Part shown: one piece after another, positions 18,890-28,900 of the stretch
How the letters are laid out: the number at the start of each line of letters is the position of its first letter
Numbering within the stretch: the first letter of the stretch is position 1
Origin: an uncultured virus (IMG/VR IMGVR_UViG_3300025853_000072)
Lineage: Duplodnaviria; Heunggongvirae; Uroviricota; Caudoviricetes; Crassvirales
Strand: one strand, 5' to 3'
Length of the DNA: 64,000 nt
IMG/VR virus record: IMGVR_UViG_3300025853_000072
The notes under the pieces: generated by a model
What the model saw: only the letters and a program-made list of their open reading frames with translations
Database searches by the model: none
Told to the model about the DNA's origin: nothing
Made by a program: the position numbers and the translations under genes

Positions 18890-20335
18890 ATGGCTAACAT
18901 TAAATCAGGACAGCCAACCCTCGACCCTACTTTGAGCTCACCAAATGTGGTGGTTGAAAGAAAAAATCTCAGCCGTGCTTTTAAAGCCTCTCCTGAGAGC
19001 TATACTACTATTGACGACCTCGTTAAGGCAACGAAGGAGGACGTCATGCCAGACCTCGTCAAGACCTACGGTGATCAGGGTATCACTGGATTCTTGAAGT
19101 TGACAGGCGCCATCAACAGCGGTGGTTCTTCAGACCAGGTCGACTGGTGGGAAGAAGGCCGTCGCCACAGATCATTCACCATCGCGGCAGACACTGCCCA
19201 GTCTGATGACACCGACGGTTTCGCCGTCTCCGATGCCACCTTCAAGACTAATGTTCAGGTGAACGACGTCGTTATGGAGGCAAAGACTGGTGCTCGTTTC
19301 ATCGTTCAGGCTGGTGGACTTGCATCTGATGGTACCAACAGTAACGTGACTTTGGTCAAGCTCGACGGAAGTCACACCGACGCGGTTGACATCACTGCAG
19401 GTGCAGGCAACTGTACTTTCGTTGTTCTCGGAAACTTGTACGCACAGGGTACTGAACAGCCTCACGCATTCACCGACCCAGGTATGGTCCGCTACACCAA
19501 CCCATATATGATCGTAAAGGATCGCTACGAGGTCAACGGATCTCAGGCTACCAACATCGGTTACGTGAACTTGGGTGGCGGAGACTACAGATGGTTCATG
19601 TACGGTGAGAAAGAGGCACGTGCTCGTTTCGAAGACAAGCGTGAGTTGATGATGCTCTTCGGTGAGAAGCGTAGCTCTTCCGAGGCTACAGATCTCACTG
19701 GCGCAAGAGCAGGCTCTGAGGGTTACTTCTCCGCCGTCGAGGACAGAGGTATCGTGATGCAGAACGCAGGAGCTAACCCCATGGACAGCTTCTCTGAGTT
19801 CGATGACTTGATCCTGGAGTTGGACAAGCAGGGCGCTCCTTCCGAGTACGCCATGTACGTCAACAGAAAGCAGGACTTGGCCATCGACGACATGTTGGCA
19901 TCTGGTATCGCTACTGGTGTGACTGCGGGTCTCCCAGGTCAGTTCGGTGCATTCCAGAACTCTGCAGACATGGCCGTGCAGTTGGGCTTCAAGAGCTTCA
20001 CTCGCGGTGGCTACACCTTCCACAAGCACGACTGGAAGTTGTTGAACGATCCAACCTTGTTGGGTGCTGTTGACAACGGAGTTATCCAGGGTGCTATGGT
20101 GCCTTTGAGAACTGTGAACGACGCCCGCAGCGGTGCTTCTGTTCCTGCGCTCTCTATGCACTACAAGGAGGCTAACGGATATTCTCGTGAAATGGAGCAC
20201 TGGGTGACTGGTGGCGGCGTGTTGGGTCACAACAACAACGGCGACCTCGGTACAGACCAGGCTGTGTTCCACTACAGATCCGAAATCGCCCTTTGCGTCC
20301 GTGCTGCAAACCAGCACGTGGTCATCAAGGGATAA
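18890..20335 (+). CDS. Major capsid protein
   Basis: 481 aa; SDQVDWWEEGR, VNGSQATNIG, GSEGYF and LGFKSFTRGGYTFHKHDWKLLND; followed by a strong hairpin. Confidence 0.88.
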   Translation: MANIKSGQPTLDPTLSSPNVVVERKNLSRAFKASPESYTTIDDLVKATKEDVMPDLVKTYGDQGITGFLKLTGAINSGGSSDQVDWWEEGRRHRSFTIAADTAQSDDTDGFAVSDATFKTNVQVNDVVMEAKTGARFIVQAGGLASDGTNSNVTLVKLDGSHTDAVDITAGAGNCTFVVLGNLYAQGTEQPHAFTDPGMVRYTNPYMIVKDRYEVNGSQATNIGYVNLGGGDYRWFMYGEKEARARFEDKRELMMLFGEKRSSSEATDLTGARAGSEGYFSAVEDRGIVMQNAGANPMDSFSEFDDLILELDKQGAPSEYAMYVNRKQDLAIDDMLASGIATGVTAGLPGQFGAFQNSADMAVQLGFKSFTRGGYTFHKHDWKLLNDPTLLGAVDNGVIQGAMVPLRTVNDARSGASVPALSMHYKEANGYSREMEHWVTGGGVLGHNNNGDLGTDQAVFHYRSEIALCVRAANQHVVIKG

Positions 20336-20354
20336 TAATTAACCTGAAGTGAAA

Positions 20355-20376
20355 GGGAGGGGCTTCGGCCCTTCCC
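20355..20376 (+). terminator. UUCG hairpin after MCP lacking a U-tract (leaky terminator or stabiliser)
   Basis: GGGAGGGGC-TTCG-GCCCTTCCC. Confidence 0.6.
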
Positions 20377-20400
20377 CTTAGCTTCATAATACTTTCTATT

Positions 20401-20874
20401 ATGCCTACATATAAACACGGGTCAGGAGCTGTAACGGCTGCCAAGAGAGTTACTGCAACAGACGTATTTACTCAAGATGCCGATGGAGCTATTATTGAAG
20501 TCACTCAGCCTGCTGGAACTTTGTTGAGAGAGATTATCGTAAGGTTTACAAACACCTCCACGCATGGAGCTTCTAGTCAGGTCGGCTGGGAGATTGGATC
20601 AACCAGTAGTGGCGCCCAACTTGGAACCCAGGTAGATGGCTTTCTTGATAGCGGAACTTCTATTCCTGAAAATACAGTGTATCTATTGAACGGAGGACAA
20701 GGAAACCTTGATGCTGATACTAATTTTGAAAGCACAACTCATACTACTCCTGCTGCTGCCTTAGGGTACACAGATGTAGATAGGACTGTGTACTTGACGT
20801 TCTTGCACAGCGACCACGCGGTTACTGAAAACTCTAACGTAGAGGTAAACTTTGAGTTTACTCATCTGATTTAA
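20401..20874 (+). CDS. Putative capsid decoration protein
   Basis: 157-aa beta-rich ORF directly after MCP. Confidence 0.6.
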   Translation: MPTYKHGSGAVTAAKRVTATDVFTQDADGAIIEVTQPAGTLLREIIVRFTNTSTHGASSQVGWEIGSTSSGAQLGTQVDGFLDSGTSIPENTVYLLNGGQGNLDADTNFESTTHTTPAAALGYTDVDRTVYLTFLHSDHAVTENSNVEVNFEFTHLI

Positions 20875-20875
20875 C

Positions 20876-20906
20876 GAAAAGGGGCTTCGGCCCCGTTTTC
20901 TCTTTT
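20876..20906 (+). terminator. Intrinsic terminator
   Basis: GAAAAGGGGC-TTCG-GCCCCGTTTTC-TCTTTT. Confidence 0.8.
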
Positions 20907-20955
20907 ACATTAACAGTTAGGTGAGGATACTCCTCAGCTATAAAAAATAACTACG

Positions 20956-21285
20956 ATGTTAAAATTTTTATATTTCGCAGATGCCGAATCCGACGGTCGG
21001 GATTGTATCTGCATGCCTGTTTCATTGCTTCGTGCTATGAAAATAGACACAGAAAGCGACGGTGTCACTTTTGAGTTTAAAGACACTGGTGACGGAATAG
21101 GAGCCGAAGTCACCTTAAAGGCGTCAACCACAAGGAATAAGGCTCAAGATGTTATAGACGCCGTTGCTAATGCGATTAGGACGAGCAAAAAGCCTTTTAT
21201 TGTTGTGGCTGATACTCTAAGTAAAGAGTTTATTCACACCGATCTTCTTAATATTGAACTTCCTGGTGATCTTTCTATTCAGTAA
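20956..21285 (+). CDS. Virion protein, KFLYF/PVS family (domain alone)
   Basis: 109 aa; N-terminal similarity to 21288 and 22236. Confidence 0.65.
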   Translation: MLKFLYFADAESDGRDCICMPVSLLRAMKIDTESDGVTFEFKDTGDGIGAEVTLKASTTRNKAQDVIDAVANAIRTSKKPFIVVADTLSKEFIHTDLLNIELPGDLSIQ

Positions 21286-21287
21286 TT

Positions 21288-22160
21288 ATGGATCCTAATA
21301 AGAAATTTTTACACTTCAACCCTGACGAAGGGGATTCTGAAGGTGGAGGCAGTCAGCAAAATGCAGTCACAGTACCTGTGTCAACTTTTGCGGGGATGGA
21401 AACTACTACGGCGTCTAACTTGAGAATGTTTTTCAAGGAGTCTGTTGAGACTGATACTTTGGATCTAACTCTTTTGAGGACATCTGGCAGCAACCCAAGA
21501 GATTTGATGGAGCACATTGTTAATGAGATTAACTTCTCTAACAATGCAGTAATAACAATCGCTGATGATTTTACTGAGGAAACAATTCACCCTGACGTCA
21601 AGCAGATGACAGGTGTTGAATTTGCAGCTCACTCTCAAATTGTTTTCTCAAAAAAAGTTACTGCAATTTCAGACAACATCAATAGCTCAGGAGCCGACAT
21701 CACAACATCTGGTCGTATTGGTAATTACAACTCTGAAGTAGTTACTACGATTCTTATTGACTTTACAGATGGGCCTCTGCACTCTAGCGCTGTGGGTGAC
21801 CAAGTCATTGGAGAAGAGAATGGAACAGACTGCAGGATCACTCTTGTAAACAAGGCCAAAAACGGAGTGATCTATCGAGGCGAAATGATTTGCATCAAGC
21901 CGCTTACTGGAGGAGACGATGTGATAGAGTTGGCTAGACACGACAGTGAGTCCAAGGGAGAGGGAGAGGGATCAGGTCTGACTACGGTTGGTACTGCTCT
22001 TACTGCAGACACTGCTGGTAAGTCTGTTTCTTTTGATGTAAATCAAGCACTTGACGGAAAGTACCTTCATTTGATCCATACGGGCACGTCCCCAGACGGA
22101 GATTACACTGGTGGTCAAATTTTGATTAGACTTTTCGGAGCAAAAGAAGATGCATTGTAA
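21288..22160 (+). CDS. Virion protein, KFLHF/PVS family with C-terminal extension
   Basis: 290-aa ORF. Confidence 0.7.
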   Translation: MDPNKKFLHFNPDEGDSEGGGSQQNAVTVPVSTFAGMETTTASNLRMFFKESVETDTLDLTLLRTSGSNPRDLMEHIVNEINFSNNAVITIADDFTEETIHPDVKQMTGVEFAAHSQIVFSKKVTAISDNINSSGADITTSGRIGNYNSEVVTTILIDFTDGPLHSSAVGDQVIGEENGTDCRITLVNKAKNGVIYRGEMICIKPLTGGDDVIELARHDSESKGEGEGSGLTTVGTALTADTAGKSVSFDVNQALDGKYLHLIHTGTSPDGDYTGGQILIRLFGAKEDAL

Positions 22161-22178
22161 GATGTCTTGACTCAACAG

Positions 22179-22209
22179 AAAGGGCTCCTTCGGGAGCCTT
22201 TTTCTTTTT
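22179..22209 (+). terminator. Intrinsic terminator
   Basis: AAAGGGCTCC-TTCG-GGAGCCTTT-TTCTTTTT. Confidence 0.88.
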
Positions 22210-22211
22210 GC

Positions 22212-22219
22212 TATATTTG
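22212..22219 (+). promoter_or_regulatory. -7 promoter TATATTTG abutting the terminator
   Basis: TAnnTTTG match. Confidence 0.7.
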
Positions 22220-22235
22220 CGGTAACTTTATTGCA

Positions 22236-23480
22236 ATGAAGAAGTACTTCCTGTTTAGAAAGGAAGAGGTGAGTGCATTCAGCGTAACCGCCTCGGACTC
22301 AGGTATTGGCCTGAGTCTACTCGCGGTCCCCACGGACAGCGTGTCTTACATTTCTTCAGAGCTCGGGAAGGTCAAGGTTGTATTCAACAACGTGTCGATC
22401 TACGAAGAAGTAAACCTCAGAGACGGAGAGTCTCTTGAGAAGTCCTACGTATTTATCGGATGCGAGGAGGGCGGAGAGTTCGATCTTGTAGAATCCATGA
22501 TCAAGTTCATGACCAGTGAGAAGACCGCCTCCAACGTGATGCGGTTTGATGTGGTCGACGGGAAGTCTACTCTGGCACAAGCCGCGCTGGATACCGTCTC
22601 CCCTGTGATCCACCGCCGTCCGATCAATATGCAGACGGGCGACACCAGCACCAAGGCGAACAGAGACGCAGAGGACAGTGCTCTTATTGCAGGTATTGAC
22701 TTCGGCGTGAACCAGCCTCTCGTGGACTACAACCACGAGGGGCTTGCAAGCGTTTCAGATACGCACACGATCAACTCTTGGGACAATGCAGGCAGCGGTG
22801 GGGCGACGTACGACATCTCTTCCAACGTAGGGACCCCTGCATGTACAGACCCATCCGTAGCGCAGAGAGGGCTTAGGACAAAGGCTGCGTTCTTTGTGGA
22901 GGGTGAGCACTTCATAGTCCCCGCCATCAACGTGGACGGAGACTACACCCTGTACATGGTGTTCGATACGCAGTACACTGCAACGCTGTACAATCAATAT
23001 TTGCTTGTGGCGTACGGGGATGCAGCAGGAGAGACACTTGGTCCGAATGGAGTTCTGTTTGAAGACGGAACCGACATTAAAGGAGGACCTCTTCAAACCC
23101 TAAACACATTCCAGGCCAGGCATTCTGGACAGACTGGTGTTCCTGCGTCCACCAGCTCTAGCGTTGACTTTCCTAGAAAGTACAAGGTCGGCGCTACTGA
23201 TGCAGACAGCTGTCACGTTCTGATTGTGCGCAGAGACAGCGAAGGCAGGATGTTCTATCACTCAGGATTTGAAAGCGGGGGTGTGATTGGAGCGATCAAG
23301 CCACTGAAAGATGAAACGTCTGGTCGGCTAAAGATCGAAAGACTCGGAACCGCAAAGGACTTGGCCACAAATCACTTCAATAAGTCCAGCATCGCCAGGT
23401 TCGGGGTGATCGAAAAGGACGTCGGGGTCGACTCTGCTGCACAACTTGCACAAGATTTATTTAACCTATATAATTTTTAA
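22236..23480 (+). CDS. Virion protein with C-terminal ConA/LamG-like domain
   Basis: Start re-assigned to ATG 22236 (MKKYFLF); INSWDNAG, YTLYMVF and HVLIVRRD. Confidence 0.65.
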   Translation: MKKYFLFRKEEVSAFSVTASDSGIGLSLLAVPTDSVSYISSELGKVKVVFNNVSIYEEVNLRDGESLEKSYVFIGCEEGGEFDLVESMIKFMTSEKTASNVMRFDVVDGKSTLAQAALDTVSPVIHRRPINMQTGDTSTKANRDAEDSALIAGIDFGVNQPLVDYNHEGLASVSDTHTINSWDNAGSGGATYDISSNVGTPACTDPSVAQRGLRTKAAFFVEGEHFIVPAINVDGDYTLYMVFDTQYTATLYNQYLLVAYGDAAGETLGPNGVLFEDGTDIKGGPLQTLNTFQARHSGQTGVPASTSSSVDFPRKYKVGATDADSCHVLIVRRDSEGRMFYHSGFESGGVIGAIKPLKDETSGRLKIERLGTAKDLATNHFNKSSIARFGVIEKDVGVDSAAQLAQDLFNLYNF

Positions 23481-23484
23481 TTAA

Positions 23485-24309
23485 ATGGCACAACAAACCA
23501 AAAGGGCTCCTGGGCGCCCCAAAGCCCAGGCAGCTGCAGCAACTGCAGCACCGACAGCCCCCAAGAAGCGCGTACTCAAGCGCAAGGAGGAGGATAACAG
23601 AACCGTGGAGTTTGAGATCCCGCGACGTGCGGGCATCGTATTCATGCTCCCACAGAAAGGCATCACCGTCTACGACGAGGAGAACGACACCGTGCGTGAG
23701 ATGCGCTACTGTCCTAACGAACCCAGCATCTGGGCCGACGAGCAGAGCGACAACGCCGTGAAGCAGACCGTCGCATTCCGAGAAGGCAAGCTTTTCGTGC
23801 CGAAGGAGAAGCCGAACCTGCGCAAGTTCATGGAGTTGCATCCTATGAACATGACCAACGGTGGTTCAGTCTTCCGAGAGGTCAACAAGAAGAAGGACGC
23901 TGAGACTGCACTGAAGCGCGAATTTGCGCTTAGCGAAGCCATCGGTATGGTTCGGGATAAGGACATTACAGAACTGCTCCCTATCGCTCTGTATTTCAAA
24001 GTGAACATCAACAAGCCTACGACGGAGATTCGATACAACCTCTTGAACATCGCCAAGTCGAAGACCCAGGAGTTTATCGAAGCCTTTGATTCGCCACAGG
24101 TCACGACACGTGCGACCATCCAGCAGGCAGGTGACTACCAAATCATCAACCTGAAGAAGGACGGGGTGTACTGGTTTGATTCAAACTCCCTGATCGTATC
24201 GGTACCAGCGGGTCAAGAATCCATGGACGTCATGGTGAGGTTCTGCCTCACGGAGAAAGGGGCTCCAGTCCTATCAGATATCGAGAGTAGACTAGACAAG
24301 CTCGCCTAA
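23485..24309 (+). CDS. Conserved structural-module protein (MRYCPNEPSIWADEQ...FMELHP)
   Basis: 274 aa; motif recalled from the capsid neighbourhood of Bacteroidota podophages. Confidence 0.75.
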   Translation: MAQQTKRAPGRPKAQAAAATAAPTAPKKRVLKRKEEDNRTVEFEIPRRAGIVFMLPQKGITVYDEENDTVREMRYCPNEPSIWADEQSDNAVKQTVAFREGKLFVPKEKPNLRKFMELHPMNMTNGGSVFREVNKKKDAETALKREFALSEAIGMVRDKDITELLPIALYFKVNINKPTTEIRYNLLNIAKSKTQEFIEAFDSPQVTTRATIQQAGDYQIINLKKDGVYWFDSNSLIVSVPAGQESMDVMVRFCLTEKGAPVLSDIESRLDKLA

Positions 24310-24312
24310 CGA

Positions 24313-24344
24313 GAAGCCGCCTGAAAGGGCGGCTTTTCTTTTTT
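24313..24344 (+). terminator. Intrinsic terminator
   Basis: AAGCCGCC-TGAAAG-GGCGGCTT-TTCTTTTTT. Confidence 0.88.
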
Positions 24345-24345
24345 G

Positions 24346-24353
24346 TATATTTG
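24346..24353 (+). promoter_or_regulatory. -7 promoter TATATTTG, 4 nt before ATG 24358
   Basis: TAnnTTTG match. Confidence 0.75.
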
Positions 24354-24357
24354 TCTC

Positions 24358-25095
24358 ATGGCAAGTGTATTAAAGGTATACGAGGCACTGAAGGACATCA
24401 GCAACAAGGAGCAGAAAGGCTTCATCACACCTGCTGTCTTCAATTCATTTGCCCACATCGCGCAGATGAACGTATACAACGAGCTCTTCGATGACTTCAC
24501 GAAGGCGCAGGGGCTCATCCGTCAGGGGATGGACGCGGGCAGAGACAAGTCTGCACGTAAGTTCACATCCGAGGACGTCTCCATCTACGTGAGAGACGTG
24601 CAGCTTACAAAGAAGCAGGGCTCTACAAATAGATTCGGTAAGCCTAGCGACCTAAGCAAGATCATCTCATTGAGGGTGAATGCACTCGTAAGGAAGTTTG
24701 ATACGAACAGGACTCCGTGTGAGATCGTGTACGATGTCGAGAAGATGAACATGATCTTGGGCAGCAATCTTTCTACGCCTACCCAGGAGTTTCCCGTAGC
24801 CTTGATCTCTGAAGACATTGAGGTGTTCCCAGATACCATCAGGTCTACAACACTTACTTACTACAGCCTTCCCACTTCTTATGCGTACGGAACTACGGAT
24901 AAAAGGCCGTCGTTCCGACCATCGATCAACTTCATTCCTAACAGCTCAGCTGTAGACCCCGCAACATCGTACGACTTTATGATCCCAGACGAGTACGTGC
25001 CAGAGATTATTGCCGAGATGTGTGAGCTTCTCGGAGTTAGACTTAGAGACCAGAACCTCCAGGGATACGGGGCTCGCAAAGAATCAGCTGAGTAA
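24358..25095 (+). CDS. Tail tubular/ring (adaptor) protein
   Basis: NKEQKGFITPAVFNSFAHIAQ motif; position before the nozzle gene. Confidence 0.7.
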   Translation: MASVLKVYEALKDISNKEQKGFITPAVFNSFAHIAQMNVYNELFDDFTKAQGLIRQGMDAGRDKSARKFTSEDVSIYVRDVQLTKKQGSTNRFGKPSDLSKIISLRVNALVRKFDTNRTPCEIVYDVEKMNMILGSNLSTPTQEFPVALISEDIEVFPDTIRSTTLTYYSLPTSYAYGTTDKRPSFRPSINFIPNSSAVDPATSYDFMIPDEYVPEIIAEMCELLGVRLRDQNLQGYGARKESAE

Positions 25096-25919
25096 TGAGT
25101 ATGAACAAAGTAAAGCTGAGTCAGATCATCAGGGACTTCATCATCACCCTTGACGGTGATGACTACGTAAGCAATGCATCGGACGTGGCGATTAGAAACT
25201 TCGCCCTGCGTGGCATTCGTGAGATCGGGTTCGACCTGGGCAAGAAGATCAAGTCTCTCAAGCTGGCCATCGATACAAGCAACGATACGGTCGCCCTACC
25301 CGATGACTTCGTGGACTTCTCGAAGATAGGGATTGTGGACGAGGACGGCATCATCAGATCACTGGTGCAGAACAACAACATCAACTACTCCAGCAAGAAG
25401 GTGACCACAGGGGCTGAGACGGAGAGTGCGAAAGGACCGCTTAACATCGACGCCAACCTCGTGGACGACGTGGAGGCCAGCAAGACTGCTACAGGATCTA
25501 CACCAAAGAACCCAGACGACAGCTTCGTGTTCGACAACTACACGTTCCAAGGTGGTACGGGTAGACTCTACGGATTCGGTGGAGCGCAGGCTGCAGGACA
25601 CTACCGCCTCAACCTTCAAGACAACAGGGTCGAGGTGGAGTTGCACACCAACGCCAGCGAGGTCGTCATGGAGTACATCGCAGACGAGGCCAGGTCCACA
25701 GACCCAGAGGTCCACGTCTACGCAGAGGAAGCCCTCAGATCCTACATCTACTACAAGCTCGTCGAGAGAAAAGCTAGCGTACCTGCAAATGAGAAGTCGA
25801 GAGCGCGTGCAGAATACTACAACGAACGTCGGAAGGCGAATGCACGTCTCAGCACCTTCACCAAGGATGAGGCAATCAAGACAATTCGTAAGAACTTCAG
25901 GCAGGCACCTAAATACTAA
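25095..25919 (+). CDS. Tail tubular/ring protein
   Basis: ALRGIREIGFD, LPDDFVDFSKI and VHVYAEEALRSYI. Confidence 0.7.
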   Translation: MSMNKVKLSQIIRDFIITLDGDDYVSNASDVAIRNFALRGIREIGFDLGKKIKSLKLAIDTSNDTVALPDDFVDFSKIGIVDEDGIIRSLVQNNNINYSSKKVTTGAETESAKGPLNIDANLVDDVEASKTATGSTPKNPDDSFVFDNYTFQGGTGRLYGFGGAQAAGHYRLNLQDNRVEVELHTNASEVVMEYIADEARSTDPEVHVYAEEALRSYIYYKLVERKASVPANEKSRARAEYYNERRKANARLSTFTKDEAIKTIRKNFRQAPKY

Positions 25920-28900
25920 TGATCGATAAGCTTACCCCTAGGTTTCTAGATAAGAGCACCGACGAAAAGCTGGTTCAAAAGACCAGCTTTGTCGACGCGC
26001 TCAATGTGTACGTGGACGGTGATCTGGACTCAGAGTCTGCAGGTGTAATCAAGTCCATCAAGGGTAATTCACCTATTGCGTTTGCAAGTGACGAGCTATC
26101 TCTTGACGGTGACCAAGGAAGTTGGTATTGTCTGGGATCGACCGTAGACCAGAACACTGGCATTGTGTACTTCTTCATGGTGGGAGAGGGTCGTGGTAAT
26201 CACGGGGTGTTTGCCTACGACCACAGAGGAGTACTCCCGAGCAAGGTGAGAGATGATGATGGAAACATCACGGGCTTCGACACGCCTACGCCAGGTAAGC
26301 TCAGAAGAATTATCGTGTCTAATGACTTCGCCTTTCCGTCCAAGGGTTTCGTGAAGGGTGATGTGGTCTACACGAACACCAGCACATTCAGGGAGTACGA
26401 CCAAAACGGCCCAGAGAAAGACGTCTTGTTGTACTTCACGGACAACAAGAACGAACCCAGGAAGGTCAACGTTTATAGGGCGTACTTTACAGATGGTTTC
26501 TCTAGCGAGGATCGCCAACCTAGAAGAGACCAGATTAACGCCTGCCCTCGTGTCCCGCTCGGCAAGGTGACTTTCACTTTTGTCAACGATGAGTCTCTGA
26601 GTGTAAACAACTTTGCAGCCTCTCCTGGCTTTCAGTTTGCATATCAGAACATCTACAAGGACGGGTTGGAGAGTGCCATCTCTCCGTACTCTGATATTGC
26701 GTTTCCTCCGTCCATTGTCAACAGAGGAGCTGCCAACAAGGACAACATCCTGGCACACAACAAGTGTGTGCTGACCATCCCAAGGCAGAACGTAGAAGTC
26801 GAAAGCGTCAGACTGCTTGCACGATACGGGAACGGAGCCAACTTCATTGAGATCGACGAGATCCCAAACGTCGATCCAGGAAACGACATCACGTTCGACT
26901 TCCTGAACGACAGGGTGCCAGGCGGTGTGTCCAAGCAAACTACGGACAAGACCTTCGACAACTTGCCCAGACGGGCAGAGTCCCAGACAGTGGTTTCAAG
27001 CCGACTCGTGTACGGGAACTATGTAGAGGGGTTCGACAACGTAGACTGTAAGGGCGTTGAGTTGGAGCCAGTGTATACAGACAGGCCCGCAGAGATTCTT
27101 GAGTATACCGTAGACGTGTCACCATCCATCGAGATGGTAGACCCCGACGGCCTTGTCCCAAGCGCTCAACGAAACAAGACCATCGGATTTAAGATCGATT
27201 CAGATCAATTTGCAGATCAGATTTCTGCAAACACTCAGATCTCTGTATCGTTAAAGTTCTCCCCAGACAACAACTTTCACCTGTATGACGTTTCCAACAT
27301 CACACCAAGTGGCGGGTCAAGTGGGTTTGATTTTTCTTCCTATCACCAGTCTAGGCATGTGGGGGATCAGTCTAAAAATCTAACAGGATACAAGACCGAG
27401 GGTGTCGTTGATCAATCGCCAGCGTTTTTCCAGGATCAGAACTACCAGAGCGAGGAACACGCGGGAGGTAAGTTCTTGCAAAAGTTTAACGAAAACTACT
27501 TTGGCTTCAACAGAGGTGTTGGGGGCGGGGGGACTGGAAGCAACAGCCCTACCGAAGACCTTACATACTGGAGAAACGTATTGGATCAAGGCGACTTGGG
27601 GGAGTACTCCTTGGATGCCAATCAAAACAGACCGATTGTATACGGGACTAGCGCGGGCAATCCACTCGTGCTTCAGGGTGGTACATTGATCTTCAAGACT
27701 TCGTTCAGAGTCCTTGAAACCATTGAGGGTGGAGGTGGTCAGCTCATCGTTTCTGTAATCAACGGACTCCTTGAGGGCTTGACTATCGAAGAGGTTGCGA
27801 GTGAATATGGATTTAGTGATGATCTTGTCGAGGTTCTCGAAGTCAAGAGGACTCACGATCACGAGATTAGCCTGGGATTGGAGGACTACACCTCCATCCC
27901 AGTCAACAGTGGGCTGGGTAATCTTATCTGTGGGGCTGGTGTCCTCTTCAACAACAGTCAAAGCATTTCTGATAAGCTTCAAGACAAGCCTCCCTCTTGT
28001 GCGTTTATTGTAAACAAGGCTACCGTTAGATTCTACCTAGAGAGGAGCGCACCCAAGAGGTTCAGAATCTGCATCTCTAAGGTCGTGGTCGACGATAGTG
28101 ACGGTGTGATGACATGCGTCAGAGATCTCGATCCTAAATCTCCATGGTGGGCCATCTCTAAAGACACTTTGAATAGCCCATCGTTTCAGGCTAACTTCAA
28201 CTCAATCTGGCAAAACAACTTGAGGGTTTCCAGCAGAGTGTTCCTTGAGGTGCCAGTGGGTACTACGGGAGGTGGTGTGTTTAGAAACTTCTCGTCGGTG
28301 TTTAGCAAGGGTTATGAAGTCGATGAAGACACTAGCGCTTTCACAACAGTCCATTCATCCAAGCCCGTCATGGAAGCGTGCTTTGGATTTTTAGAGGTTG
28401 GTGTAGACGATGATGGAGAAAGAAACCTGTTGAGATTTGCAGCCGACTCCACGGGGTCTGCTCAAAACTTTAGATACTCCTTGATGGATGGAGAGGGAGG
28501 TCCAGGAGGAGTCGGTTCTGAGGGAGATGCTTACGATTTTGTGGGGGCTGACAGATACGGCACCATCGCGGGACAAGTCTTCGTGGGTTACGACCAAGAC
28601 GCAATCTCCAAGGTTGCAGAGTATCCAGGGGGCGATCAGGATGGTTTGTCTTCTGCGCAGGCGTACTGTGGTGTAGACGAGACTGGAGACGTTATGGGGC
28701 AGCAAAGAGGTTTGTTGCTTATCGCAAACGACAATGTCGCAGAGGACTTGGGCATCATTGACTCAGATCCTATCGACGACCTGGGGTATAGGCACACAAC
28801 AGTTCTCATGGGTCCGTACTACACGGGTAAGATTGTGCTAAACAATCTAACCGCCTCTGCAGAGAACGCAAGTTCTGCTTACGTAAACCCTTCAGGCACA

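Noticed and set aside
19172..20317. 381-aa antisense ORF over the major capsid gene (and similar shadows over portal, nozzle and giant protein)
   Set aside because: Mirror frames caused by codon bias of the real genes; no motifs, promoters or leaders
22167..22235. N-terminal extension of the 437-aa ORF (likewise 24343-24357)
   Set aside because: Runs through a terminator and promoter; downstream ATGs chosen
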